This document shows positions 10,280 through 21,665 of a stretch of 64,000 bases of DNA, one piece after another. Within the stretch, counting starts at the first letter, position 1. Every line of letters starts with the position of its first letter. The notes under the pieces were generated by a model, which made no database searches, was not told the origin of the DNA, and worked only from the letters and a program-made list of their open reading frames with translations. This stretch comes from a virus. Both the position numbers and the translations under genes were made by a program. The stretch lies in IMG/VR virus record IMGVR_UViG_3300031555_001876. One strand, written 5' to 3'.

Positions 10280-12991
10280 ATGAAATATCAATTAATCAAT
10301 AAAGTATTTCCACCTGGATTGTCTGCGGTTGAAAAGGTCTTTTACAATCGTGGAATTAAACCAGAAAATTTAGACCATTATTTAAATACAACAGATAACG
10401 ACATTCTTGACCCATAGACTATCGCAAGAATAGATAGTGGTGTTAAAATGTTGATATCACATATCTCACAAGGTGACAAAGTTCTTATTTAGGTAGATAG
10501 CGATTGTGATGGCTATACTTCTGCGGCTACACTTATTAACTACTTAAATTGTCTCTTCCCCGGCTTTGTGTAGAATAATATATCATATCGTATCCATATG
10601 GGGAAGGAACACGGCATTTTACCAGACACAATTCCAGATGGAGTAAAATTAGTAATTGCTCCTGATTCAAGTAGCAATGATTATGAACAACATAAAATCC
10701 TAAATAAGTCTGGTATTGACGTGTTAGTAATAGACCATCACGAAGCCGAGAAAATATCTGATTATGCTTGCGTTATCAACAATCAATTATGCGATTATCC
10801 TACCAAGTCATTAAGTGGCGTTGGTATGGTATATAAGTTCTGTCAAAGAATTGATTAGTGGATGGGTTGTGATTACGCAAACCTCTTTTTAGATTTAGTC
10901 GCACTCGGTATGGTGGCAGATATGATGGACTTGCGCGATTATGAGACACGGCATTTAGTTGACCGCGGCTTAAAAAATATCCGCAATCCTTATTTCAAAG
11001 AAATGGTACAACGTCAAGCATTTCCTTTGCGGAATGGTATCACTCCTTTTGGAATAGCATTTTATATTGCTCCTTTCGTTAATGCTACTGTGCGAAGTGG
11101 AACGCAAGATGAAAAGGTCATATTATTCGAGTCTATGCTTGATTATCGGGGATATGAACGAATCCCATCAACTAAACGTGGATGTAAGGGTCAAACAGAG
11201 ACTCGGGTAGAACAGGCTTGTCGTAATTGTATAAACATTAAAAACAGGCAAACCGATACAAGAGACAAAAGTCTGGATGTAATTAAACGGATAATTGAAG
11301 AACAAAAATTGCTAGATAATAAGATATTAGTCATACTATTAAAAGAACAATATGCGACTGATAAAAACCTAACTGGTTTAATTGCTAATGAATTAGCAAA
11401 TAAACTACAAAGACCCACCCTTATCTTAAATGAAAAAGAAGATACTTGGGAAGGTTCAGCAAGAGGATACGATAAATCAGAATTAAAAGATTTTAAACAG
11501 TTCTTAACCAATAGTGGCTATTTTGAATATACTGAGGGTTAGTGGAATGGCCCTAAAACCTTTTTTCCGTGTGTCGCGGAGGTCATTTTTATTAAAATGG
11601 CTAACGGGGAATTCTAAATATAATAGAGATATTATACATGAAAATCCCGTGGGAAGATTTTCGTTATATCTCCTAAATGAAAAAATAAAGGAGATTAATT
11701 ATAATGGAAAAATATATTTATAAAATAGAAAATTTAATAAATCATAAAATTTATATTGGACAAACTAATAATTATAAAAGACGTTTTATAGAACATAAAA
11801 ATAGAGGGTATAAAAAAGATACCAAAGTTTTATATTATGCTTTTGATAAATATGGAATTGAAAATTTTGATTTTTCTATTATTGAATTTGTTAAAAATTA
11901 CAATGAACGTGAGAAATATTGGATAAAATATTATGATAGTTTTGAAAATGGTTATAATATGACAGAAGGCGGAGAAGAACCTCCTGTTTTCCATGGAGAA
12001 AATCATCATTTAGCAACTCATACTCAAATAGATAATGATTATATTGTTTATTTATTAAAAGAAACCAATATTTCTATAAAAGATATTGCTAAATTAACTA
12101 ATTATAATACTTCTTCTATTAATAGAATTAATAAAGGAGAAATGTGGCATCAAGATAATTTAGAATATCCTATAAGAAAAAAAGGAACATTATTAGAAAA
12201 GCAAGAAAGAATTAAAAAGATACAATATGATTTATTAAATACTACTTTAACCCAAAAAGAAATTGGAGAAAAATATGGAGTTGGAAGAACTACTATTACC
12301 GCAATTAATAGAGGTCAAAATGGCTATAATCCAACTTTAAATTATCCATTACGAAAATAACCTGTATCGACTATCCCAAGTGAGATTGGGAGTAGGGCTA
12401 CTATTGACACGTAGTTCGAAATGGGGTTCTGCGCGCACTCGTTCATCTAGTTAGTTGAATGATGCAAGCGCAGTAAAAGATAGTCAGGCCTTATGGAAAC
12501 ATAAAGGATTACCGCACGCCAATGCATTCGGCGCAGGAATTAAAAAAGATAAAGTTGATGATTTTATCAAATATTCAAACTCTTATTTAGCAAATTTGGA
12601 CTTCTCCCCTTGTTATAATGTAGATTTGTTATTTACAGGGAATGATTTAAATAATAAAGATATTCTTGATTTAGCAAATCTAAAATCTATATGGGGCCAA
12701 GGAGTAGAGGAACCTTTGATTGCGATAGAACATTTAAATATTCACGGCGGAAATGTTCAATTAATGTCGCGAGATAAGAACCCTACTTTGAAGATAACCT
12801 TACCAAATGGTATGAGTTTAATCAAATTCAGGTCGTCCGAAGAAGAATATAAAAAATTATATTCTGAAACGGGTTGTGTAAGTATTAACATTATTGGAAA
12901 ACCAGAACAGAACGTTTGGAATGGTATTATCAGTCCGCAAATTATTATTGAGGATTACGAAATTATAAGTCAAACAAAATACTATTTCTAA
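10280..12991 (+). CDS. RecJ-like DHH-family exonuclease, split gene: exon 1 10280..11539, group I intron 11540..12514, exon 2 12515..12991; 4 in-frame TAGs in exon 1
   Basis: Motifs DSDCDGYTSAA (DxDxDG), VIDHHE (DHH) and, across the exon junction, EG|HANAFGAG (RecJ GGHxxAAG motif) are present. Exon 1 ends in U. The intron ends in G. Confidence 0.6.
11540..12514 (+). mobile_element. group I intron B in the RecJ-like gene, carrying GIY-YIG HEG 11704..12360
   Basis: The 5' splice site follows GGU 11537-39. The conserved elements GCTAACGGGGAA..AATCCCGTGGGA, AAGATAGTCAGG and P9 CCTTATGGAAACATAAAGG are present. The terminal G is at 12514. Splicing restores the RecJ motif. Confidence 0.6.
11704..12360 (+). 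CDS. GIY-YIG homing endonuclease (intron B ORF); no TAG codons
   Basis: Sequence KIYIGQTNNYKRRFIEHKN..YGIENFDFSIIE is present. Gln in the motif is encoded by CAA. The C-terminal region has HTH repeats. Confidence 0.7.
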   Translation: MEKYIYKIENLINHKIYIGQTNNYKRRFIEHKNRGYKKDTKVLYYAFDKYGIENFDFSIIEFVKNYNEREKYWIKYYDSFENGYNMTEGGEEPPVFHGENHHLATHTQIDNDYIVYLLKETNISIKDIAKLTNYNTSSINRINKGEMWHQDNLEYPIRKKGTLLEKQERIKKIQYDLLNTTLTQKEIGEKYGVGRTTITAINRGQNGYNPTLNYPLRK

Positions 12992-13042
12992 TAATTACAC
13001 AATGAGACCTAATAGTAATATTAGGAGGAAAATATAATTATT

Positions 13043-13816
13043 ATGAAAAAATTATTTTTAGTATTGTTTAGTATTATTATCTTATTGAATTGTACAGTTT
13101 TTGCATCCGCTACTACAGTTCAAATGTTAAAAACCAATGTCATTTATCTGAAAGATTTATCTACTGATGAATTAAAAAGATTAGCAGAAGAACAAAAAGA
13201 ATTAAAAGAAAAAATCCATTTAGAAGCAGAATTATTAAGAGAAAGAGGATATGATGAAAATTCACCCTCAATTAGTCTGTTAAAAGAACAATGGAAAAAC
13301 GCAAATGATAAAGAACAAATTTATTATGAAAATTGGTATAATAAATTTTTTGGAAATGACTCTGATTGGACTAAAGAAATAGAAGAATATCCAGTAGCAA
13401 CTTATGTATGGCGCTATATGAAAGGTTTAGGATATAGTGACGCGGTCGCCGCAGGTATCTTGGGTAATATGATGCTTGAATGCGGTGGCGGCACCCTTAA
13501 ATTAAAATGGGATATTTATAATGATACTAAAACATTCTATGGTGTTTGTCAATGGAGTAAAACTTATCATTCCGATGTATATGGAGTAAGTTTAGAATCG
13601 CAGATGAATTATTTGCGCGATACCATTAAAGAGCAAATTGATAAATATGGCTTTGCTTATGGAGGCAATGGTTTTGATTATGAAGACTTCTTAAAATTAG
13701 AAGACGCTGATGAAGCCGCTTTATGTTTCGCTAGAGCATATGAAAGACCTAACGAAGCCCATATTCCTGTGCGAGCATATTTTGCACAAAATGCTTACAA
13801 TTATTTTGTTAAGTAA
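13043..13816 (+). CDS. secreted protein with a lysozyme-like C-terminal domain (phage tail-lysozyme-like)
   Basis: An N-terminal signal peptide MKKLFLVLFSIIILLNCTVFASA is present. The segment AAGILGNMMLECGG resembles the catalytic region of phage tail lysozyme or lytic transglycosylase families. Confidence 0.35.
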   Translation: MKKLFLVLFSIIILLNCTVFASATTVQMLKTNVIYLKDLSTDELKRLAEEQKELKEKIHLEAELLRERGYDENSPSISLLKEQWKNANDKEQIYYENWYNKFFGNDSDWTKEIEEYPVATYVWRYMKGLGYSDAVAAGILGNMMLECGGGTLKLKWDIYNDTKTFYGVCQWSKTYHSDVYGVSLESQMNYLRDTIKEQIDKYGFAYGGNGFDYEDFLKLEDADEAALCFARAYERPNEAHIPVRAYFAQNAYNYFVK

Positions 13817-13824
13817 TTATATAT

Positions 13825-13860
13825 GGTTATAATAGGAAAATATTTTCCTATTATAACCCT
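13825..13860 (+). terminator. terminator-like perfect palindrome after the lysozyme-like gene
   Basis: GGTTATAATAGGAAAATA|TTTTCCTATTATAACC. Confidence 0.45.
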
Positions 13861-13913
13861 TATTTTCATTTATGGAGTTGATACTATGAAAAAATTTTAA
13901 AGGAGAATTTTAA

Positions 13914-14477
13914 ATGCCTTTAACATCACAACAAATTGAAAATGAAATAAAAAAGTTATAGACAAAAAATCTTGAATTAGAATAGGAGATAAATTGTTTT
14001 CGTAATAAAAATTATACTGATAATTGGAAATTAAATTAGAAAATAGAAGGGCACGAAACAATTCTTAATGAATTACGAAGTAATTTAGATCCAATTCTTT
14101 CTCAACAAATTTATGATTCATATTTTTTATCAAATTAGTTAACAGATATTGTAGAAAATAAAAATAAAATTAATGAGTTATATCAATTAGCAAATTATAA
14201 TATGAGTAAAATTGATTCATTAGAAACTTCTATTGATTCATTAAAAGAATCAATAGTTAAAATTGGTATAGATGCTGAAACAATGAGTAAAGCACTCAAA
14301 GAAGTTAGTGAAAAACTCAAAGAGATGGCTCCGGCCGGGGGCAGTCAAGAAAATCGTGTTCCCGAACCTGAAAGTGATTTAGAAATTTTTGACCAAATTG
14401 AACCAAATAAAAATGATGCTGAATTTTTAGAATGGCTCAATAATGCAAATAATTATTTTTATAGAGAAGAATGGTGA
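13914..14477 (+). CDS. coiled-coil hypothetical protein; 4 in-frame TAGs
   Basis: Track ORF 14202..14477 extends upstream in frame to ATG 13914 through TAGs. Confidence 0.35.
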
Positions 14478-14493
14478 GAGGAGGAAGTAGACC

Positions 14494-15666
14494 TTGGTCT
14501 TAACTAAAAAGCAAGAAGAAGGATTAAAGATAGCAGTAGAACGTTATCGTAATAATGAGCCATATACTTGTATAGCAGGTTATGCAGGAACAGGTAAGTC
14601 GACATTAGTTAAATTTATTATTTCCGCCTTGAACGTTTATCCAGAAGATGTATGTTATGTAGCATATACCGGTAAAGCAGCGAAAGTTCTCGCAGAAAAA
14701 GGTTGCCCTAATGCGATGACGGCGCATAGATTATTATATAAATCTATTCCAAGAGACGATGGAACTTTTTATCATAAGATTAAAAGACCATTAGATTATC
14801 CTTATAAATTAATTGTAGTCGACGAAATTTCTATGCTTCCAAAAGAAATGTGGGATTTACTTTTATCTCATAATATCTATGTTATTTGCCTTGGCGACCC
14901 ATTTCAGTTGCCTCCAATAGGAGAAGATAATGGAGTTCTTTATGATGCTCACATCTTCCTTGATGAAATTATGCGGCAGGCGCAAGAAAGTGAAATTATT
15001 CGTTTAACTATGGATATTCGTGAAGGTAAACCTTTACAATTATTTAGAGGTAACGAGGTTCAAGTAGTTAATAAAATTGATTTAGTTGATGGAATGTATA
15101 CTTGGGCTGACTAGATTATTGTAGGTAAAAATGATACTCGTAGAAATATTAACGCGTGTATGCGAAAAATGCTTTTTGGTATTGAAGATGGCGCGCCCAT
15201 TGTAGGAGATAAAGTAATCTGTTTGCGCAATGACTGGGAACACCCTAGTGAAGCAGGCGATATTGCTGTTAATGGCACTATTGGATATTTAACTAGTATT
15301 CATTATAATAAATATCATCCTTATCTTCATCCTCAATTAATTGCTGATTTTTTACCTGATACTTATAGTATTGAAGATGTAGAAAGAAGTCCTTATGATT
15401 TATTTTTTAGAAATGTAAATATGGATTATAAACTTCTTACTACTGGTGAAGAAACAGTTAATAATAAAAATTTTAAATTCTTTCCAAAGCAACATAGACC
15501 TCAAGTATATGATTATGGATATTGTATTACTTGTCATAAAGCGCAAGGTAGCGAATATGATAAAGTTTTAGTTATTGAAGAATTTTTAAAAGGTAATGAA
15601 CACGCTCGTTGGCTATATACTGCTGCTACAAGAGCAAAAGAAAAACTTGTTATTGTGAGGAAATAA
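14494..15666 (+). CDS. Dda/RecD-like SF1 DNA helicase; one in-frame TAG at 15115
   Basis: Walker A GYAGTGKST and Walker B LIVVDEISML are present. The C-terminal motifs YCITCHKAQGSEYD and AATRAKEKL are present. Track ORFs 14494..15114 and 15160..15666 share a frame and are joined by the TAG. Confidence 0.6.
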
Positions 15667-15668
15667 TT

Positions 15669-15827
15669 ATGGAAATGACTGTTAATGTAAAAGATTGTAG
15701 AAAGTTTGTAGAAGATTCTAAATTTTCTCAATTTCTTTTAAATAATACTACTGATTTTTCAGTAGCCGCTTGGGTATTATCTACTTTATTAAACGAGTTG
15801 GATAAGTATGAAGTTGATTCTAATTAA
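15669..15827 (+). CDS. small hypothetical protein (52 aa)
   Basis: ATG 15669 lies just after the helicase stop. Confidence 0.25.
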   Translation: MEMTVNVKDCRKFVEDSKFSQFLLNNTTDFSVAAWVLSTLLNELDKYEVDSN

Positions 15828-15843
15828 AAAATATGTTATAATA
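15815..15843 (+). promoter_or_regulatory. sigma70-like promoter TTGATT-N17-TGTTATAAT upstream of the polymerase gene
   Basis: -35 at 15815-20; -10 at 15835-43. Confidence 0.5.
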
Positions 15844-15876
15844 TTTATATAAAATAATTATTGAGGAAGTAATTGA

Positions 15877-18800
15877 ATGTATTTTAATTGTCATAATCAT
15901 ACAATGTATTCGAATCTTCGATTACTTGACTGTATTAATCAACCAAAAGATTTAATTGATAAAGCAATTGAATTAGGTCTTTCTGGAATTGCTATTACTG
16001 ACCACGAATGTTTGTCAGCGCATATGGAAGTAAATCAATATGCTAAAAAACTTTTAGTAACTAATCCTGATTTTACTATTGCATTAGGTAATGAAATTTA
16101 TTTAACTGATGATAGAGAATCAGGACAAAAGTATTATCACTTTATTTTAATCGCAAAAGACGCTTTAGGGCATAAAGCATTAAGAGAATTAAGTTCTATT
16201 GCTTGGTATAATTCTTATGTTGATAGACGTATGGAAAGAGTTCCAACAACAAAAGAAGAACTTGCCGAAGTTGTTCTTAAATATAAAGGACATTTAATTG
16301 CGACAACTGCTTGTATTGGCGGTGAATTAGGCACCAATATTCTTTATATGCTTGATTGTGATAGAGTTGGTGATACTATTAATAGAATGACTTATCATAA
16401 TAATATTATTGAATTTATTCAATATTGTAAAAATCTATTTGATGATGATTTCTATATTGAATGCGCTCCTTCAAGCACGGCAGACCAAATCGCAGTTAAT
16501 AAAATGCTATTAAAAATTGCCTCTGTTTTTGATGTTAAATTAGTTCCTGGAACTGACTCTCATTATTTAACTGCAAAAGAAAGACCAATTCATAAAGCAT
16601 ATCTTAATTCAAAAAATGGTGAAAGAGAAGTTGATGATTTTTATGAATTTTCTCATTTGATGGATTCTAATGAATTATATAATTTATTAAAATTATCATA
16701 TGAACAGTCTGTTATTAATGAAATCATATCTAATTCATTAGAACTTCAAAAGAAAATTACTTTTTACTCTCTTGAACGCAAACAAATTATTCCAAAAGTA
16801 GAAGTTTTAGATTATCAAAAAACCTTATCTCATTTTGGTATTAATAATAATTTGCGAGATGAATTAGATAATAGTTGGCCTACTATTAAAAGTCTTTTAT
16901 TATCCGATGATATCCAAGAACGGTATTGGATTAATGAATGTTTAAATGGATTAATTGATAAGGATTTGTGGAAATATGAGTATATTTCAAGAATAGAAAC
17001 AGAAGCAGACATTATAAAATATATTGGTTCTGGTCTAAATGATTGCCTTTTTGCTTATTTTAATACCTTTAAACATTATATTGATTTATTTTGGGAGTGC
17101 GGTAGTATTGTAGGACCAGGGCGAGGAAGTGCTACCGGTTTTTTATCAAATTATTTACTTGGTATTACGCAACTTGACCCCATCCGTTGGAATCTCCCTT
17201 GGTGGCGTTTTCTGAATCGGGAGAGATTAGAACTACCGGATATCGATATAGACCTTGCACCATCCAAGCGCCCTTCTATATTCAACGCCATTCGCGAAGA
17301 GCGTGGTGAGTTTGGTCTCATTCAAGTAGCCACCTTCGGAACAGAAGGAACAAAATCAGCAGTCTTAACTGCTTGCCGTGGTTATAGAAGTGAAGATTAT
17401 CCAGATGGTATCGACGTAGACCAAGCGCAATATATGTCCTCTTTAATTCCGCAAGAACGTGGTTTCTTATGGGATATTAAAGATGTTGTATATGGTAATC
17501 CAGAGAAAGACCGCAAACCTGTTACGACTTTTATTAGAGAAGTAAATAGATTTCCAGGTTTATTAGATATTATTATGTCTATTGCAGGTCTTGTAAATAA
17601 GCGCTCTTCTCACGCTTCTGGTGTTATTTTATATGGCGAAGACCCATATGATACAGCGGCTTTTATGAGAACTCCTAGTGGTGATTTAATTACTTGCTAT
17701 GACCTACATAAAGCAGAAGCCGCAGGAGATACTAAATATGATTTCCTAGTAACAGAAGTTTCAGATAAAATTATTAAATGTATTGAATTACTTATTGAAG
17801 ATGGAGTTATTAAACAAGACAGTTTAAGAAATACTTATAATAGTATTCTTCATCCAGAAGTATTAGATACAACTGATAAAAAGATTTGGGAACATCTTGC
17901 CGCAGGTGATGTTCTTGATGTATTCCAGTTTAGTGGTGGTGTCGGTTTAGCAATTGCTAAAAAACTAAAACCGCAAGACCCTCTAGAAATGACTGCGGCG
18001 AATGCTATGATGAGACTGATGAGTGAAAAAGGCGTTGAATCACAGCAAGATAGATATGCTAGAATTCAACGAGAAGGTATTCATATTTTTGATTGGGAAA
18101 TGAAACAAAAAGGTTTACCAGAAAATATGATTGCTAAATTACATAAACATTGTGATAAGTATTTTGGTTGTTGTCCTATCCAAGAGCAGATGATGGAAAT
18201 ACTTATGGATGTTGCTGGATTTACTCTTGGAGAAGCAAACTCTGCTCGAAAGATTGTTGCTAAAAAGCAAATGGATAAAATTCCACAATTAAAAGAACAG
18301 GTATTTAGTAGATTTGATAATCATAATATTGCTGATTATTTTTGGAAATTAGCAGTAGCACCGCAATTAGGGTAAATGGCTTGCCCTTACACACCTAACC
18401 TGTTATCGCAGGGGTAAATTAATAACCCTTTTTGGGGCTAAACTTATTAATTTGCTAACGGGGAAAGTTAAGTATTAATGAAAGAATCATTAATATATAC
18501 CAATCCCGTGATAAATGTCTTAATGGTCCTTTAATACATCTTAAAGGAGAAATGAAATGGTATTTTATATTTATAAATATACTAATTTAATTAATAATAA
18601 AAAATATGTTGGTTAGACTAATAATTTTCAAAGAAGAGTCAACGAACATAAAAGTTGTTCTTTTAATCCCAATAGTGTAAATTATGATGATAAAATTCAT
18701 CAAGCAATTCGTAAATATGGATATAGCAACTTTAAAATTGAAATTCTTGAAATTATAACAGAGGCTAAAACATATGATTTAGTGAATGAACGTGAAAGTT

Positions 18801-20876
18801 ATTGGATTAAAGAAGAGCAAAGTTTATTGACTCAATGGGGATATAATGTTTTAGAAGGTGGAAATAATAGTTGGAGGTCTTTTTTAACACAAGAAGATGT
18901 TGAAAAGATAAAAATGATGATTAAAGATGAAATACCTTATTCAAAAATACAAGAATATTATCCCATATCTAAAACTTTTATTTCAGGCATCAATTCTGGA
19001 AAATATTTTTATAATGAAAAAGAAATATATCCTTTATGCAGATATCGAATTTCTAATGATATCTATGATGCTTTAATTGAAGATTTAATAAAACCTGAAC
19101 TGACTTTTAAAGAACTAGCACAACGATATAATTTAGGAGAATCAACTATTAAAAAATTTAATTATGGCACATTACAAAAAGGATATTATAAAGGTGAATA
19201 TCCTATTAGAAAAATAACTCCACAAAAATATAAAAGACAATTGATAAAAGAATATTTATTAAACACTAATCTCCTATATAAAGATATTGTAAAATTAACT
19301 GGAACGTCTGATGAAACAGTGCGCAGAGTTAATATAGGTGCAATTGATAAAGATGAAAATTTAAAATATCCATTAAGATAAATATTGTAGAGACTATTCT
19401 GGGTGAGACCGGAAGTAGGATTACTATTGATACGTAGTTCGAAATGGTGTGCTATAATTTGTATATTATAGTAAAAGATAGTCCAGTCCTCATAGAAATA
19501 TGAGAATAACTGATGCATTTAGTTTGAATCATTCTCTTCCTTATTCATTTGTTGGTATTCAAACTATTTATTTAGCATATAAATTTAATCCTATTTATTG
19601 GAATACTGCTTGCTTAATTGTTAATAGTGGCGCTACTGATGAAGAAGCAGGCGGTCAAACTGATTATGGTAAAATAGCAAAAGCAATTGGAGATATTAGA
19701 AGTGCGGGTATTAAAGTCAGTCTTGCTAATATTAACCGATCTAAATTTGGTTTCGCTCCTGACGTAGATAAGAATCAAATACTTTTCGGTCTCAAAGGAT
19801 TGCTAAATGTTGGCGATGAAATTGTCCAAAAGACAATTGAAAATAGACCTTATTTTTCTGTAAAAGACTATGTAAATAAAGTTAAACCAGGTAAACAAGC
19901 AATGATTTCCCTTATTAAGGGAGGGGCTTTTGATGAATTAGAACCTGATAGAAAATTTACAATGGCTTGGTATATCTGGGATAATTGTGATAAAAAGAAA
20001 AGAATTACTCTTCAAAATATGCCAGGATTAATCAAATATGATTTAATTCCAAAAGACACAGAAGATAGAATTACTGCTTATCGAGTATATGAATTTAATC
20101 GTTATTTGAAAGCAACTTGTAAATTCACTCCTACTGATTATAAAGTAGATGAACGTGCTTATAACTTTTTGATAAAAATTTCTTGTGATGATATGATTCA
20201 CGGAGATATGTTATTAGGAGTTAAACAATGGGATAAAATTTATCAATCTTATATGGATATCTTCCGTGCGTGGATTAATGAAAATAAAAACCAAATTCTT
20301 AATGATTTAAATAGTAAAATCTTTAAAGAAGATTGGGATAAATATGCGTCCGGCAATATCTCTTCTTGGGAAATGGAAGCATTATGTTTCTATTATCACG
20401 AACACGAATTATCTAATGTAAATAGATGGAAGTATGGATTCGCTGATTTCTTTAAACTTCCAGTAGAACCAGTAATTGCTTCTACGTTTGAGCGCGGAGG
20501 TAAAGATATTAATATTCTTAAATTAGATAAAATTTATGGAACTTGTATTGCGAAGAATAAAAATAAATCGACAGTTACTTTACTAACTCCTACTGGCGTT
20601 GTCGAAGTAAAGTTTAGAAAAGAATATTTTAGTTTGTTTGATAAAAGAATTAGTGAACGTGGAGAAGATGGCGCAAAACATATTGTTGAAAAATCTTGGT
20701 TTGACCGAGGTAGTATGATTGTTGTTATGGGATTCCGTTCTGGTGATAATTTTATTACAAAGAAATATGCGAAAGATTCTGGTCATCAATTATATAAAAT
20801 TGATAAAGTAGAAGAAAATGGCGATTTAATTTTGCGCTCTACAAGATATCAAGGAGAGGAAGAAGAAGATGGCTAA
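15877..20876 (+). CDS. DNA polymerase III alpha-like replicative polymerase (DnaE/PolC family, N-terminal PHP domain), split gene: exon 1 15877..18373, group I intron 18374..19512, exon 2 19513..20876
   Basis: A PHP motif (HNHTMYSNL..ITDHE) is present. Splicing joins ..APQLG-Y-AFSLNHSLPYSFVGIQTIYLAYKF.., which matches the conserved DnaE YAFNKSH..Y.LKAHYP segment. Exon 1 ends in U at 18373. The intron's terminal G is at 19512. Confidence 0.65.
18374..19512 (+). mobile_element. group I intron C in the polymerase gene, carrying GIY-YIG HEG 18557..19381
   Basis: The same conserved core as A and B is present (GCTAACGGGGAA..AATCCCGTG; AAGATAGTCCAG; P9 TCATAGAAATATGA). The exon phase is restored on removal. 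Confidence 0.65.
18557..19381 (+). CDS. GIY-YIG homing endonuclease (intron C ORF); one in-frame TAG
   Basis: Sequence MVFYIYKYTNLINNKKYVG(TAG)TNNFQRRVNEHKS is present. The gene is continuous with track ORF 18782..19381. Confidence 0.65.
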
Positions 20877-20988
20877 AACATTAACCTGTCCTTTCTGCGG
20901 CCGGTCCTTTTCGTGGGTCGGCCCAATAAGGTATTGGGATGAATATATCTGTGAATGTGGCGCTAACTTATGGTTAAAAATTATTTAG
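20869..20988 (+). CDS. small zinc-ribbon protein (CPFCG..CECG)
   Basis: ATG 20869 overlaps the polymerase stop. The gene may extend to TAA 21013-15 if TAG 20986 is sense. Confidence 0.3.
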   Translation: MAKTLTCPFCGRSFSWVGPIRYWDEYICECGANLWLKII

Positions 20989-21001
20989 CGCTTGGAGGTT
21001 A

Positions 21002-21586
21002 ATGATGAAGTATAAATTAGTTGCCTTAATTGGCAAAGCAGGCTCTGGCAAGGATACTATTATGAAAGAAATTTTAAAATAGTTTGACCCTTATTTTCAC
21101 GAGATTGTGAGTTGTACTACTCGTGCTCCACGAGACTATGAAGTTGAAGGAGTTAATTATCATTTTTTTACACTTGAAGATTTTACTAAAAAGGTTATTA
21201 ATGGTGAAATGCTTGAATCAACTGAATTCAATGGTTGGTTTTATGGCACTAGTCTTGATGCTTTAAGTGAAAATGATATTAATATCGGTGTATTTAATCC
21301 TGCCGGAATTCGTTCTATTATGAAAAATCCGGATATAGATATGCGAGTATTTTATATTACTGCTAGTGATAAAACTCGATTATTAAGATAGTTAAATCGA
21401 GAAGATTTTCCAAATGTAAAAGAAATTATTAGGCGTTATTAGACAGATGAATAGGACTTTTTAACTGTTGATGATGAATTTGACCCGTAGCATATTGGTA
21501 ATGATAATAGTAATGCGCCTTGGCTTGTGGCTAGTAGAGTTACTAAACATTGCGCCGACTGGTTAATTGAGGTCAACAAAGATTAA
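21002..21586 (+). CDS. guanylate kinase-like nucleoside monophosphate kinase; 5 in-frame TAGs
   Basis: A P-loop GKAGSGKDT and motif TTRAPRDYEVEGVNYHF are present. Track ORF 21107..21391 is one fragment of this gene. Confidence 0.5.
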
Positions 21587-21601
21587 TGAATAATATTCAA
21601 A

Positions 21602-21649
21602 ACACAAAATATAGTGTGGCACTACTTATTGCCATACTATATTTGTGAT
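21602..21649 (+). promoter_or_regulatory. two NrdR-box-like palindromes upstream of nrdD
   Basis: ACACAAAATATAGTGT lies at 21602-17 and ATACTATATTTGTGAT at 21634-49, spaced 32 bp start to start. They resemble the NrdR operator consensus acaCwAtATaTwGtgt in tandem arrangement. Confidence 0.35.
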
Positions 21650-21665
21650 GGAGGATACTAAATAT

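Noticed and set aside
7897-19450. tRNA-like strings (GTAGTTCGAAATGG, GGGCTACTATTGA) in three intergenic regions, considered as a possible suppressor tRNA
   Set aside because: The same ~120-nt block recurs after each intron-borne HEG and contains group I P7/S and P9 elements. There is no cloverleaf with acceptor stem and anticodon loop. No tRNA is called in this window.
1547-20789. Minus-strand track ORFs inside the plus-strand early module (1547..1741, 2361..2711, 2546..2860, 3344..3631, 4267..4488, 7120..7359, 11191..11511, 15534..15731, 16830..17012, 19186..19518, 20583..20789)
   Set aside because: They are antisense to well-supported genes, introns or terminators. They are Ser/Leu/Ile-rich translations with no motifs.
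20986-21015. Whether TAG 20986 (and TAG 4864) act as genuine stops in early genes
   Set aside because: This cannot be decided from sequence. Both genes are annotated to the TAG, and the possible read-through extension to the next TAA is noted.
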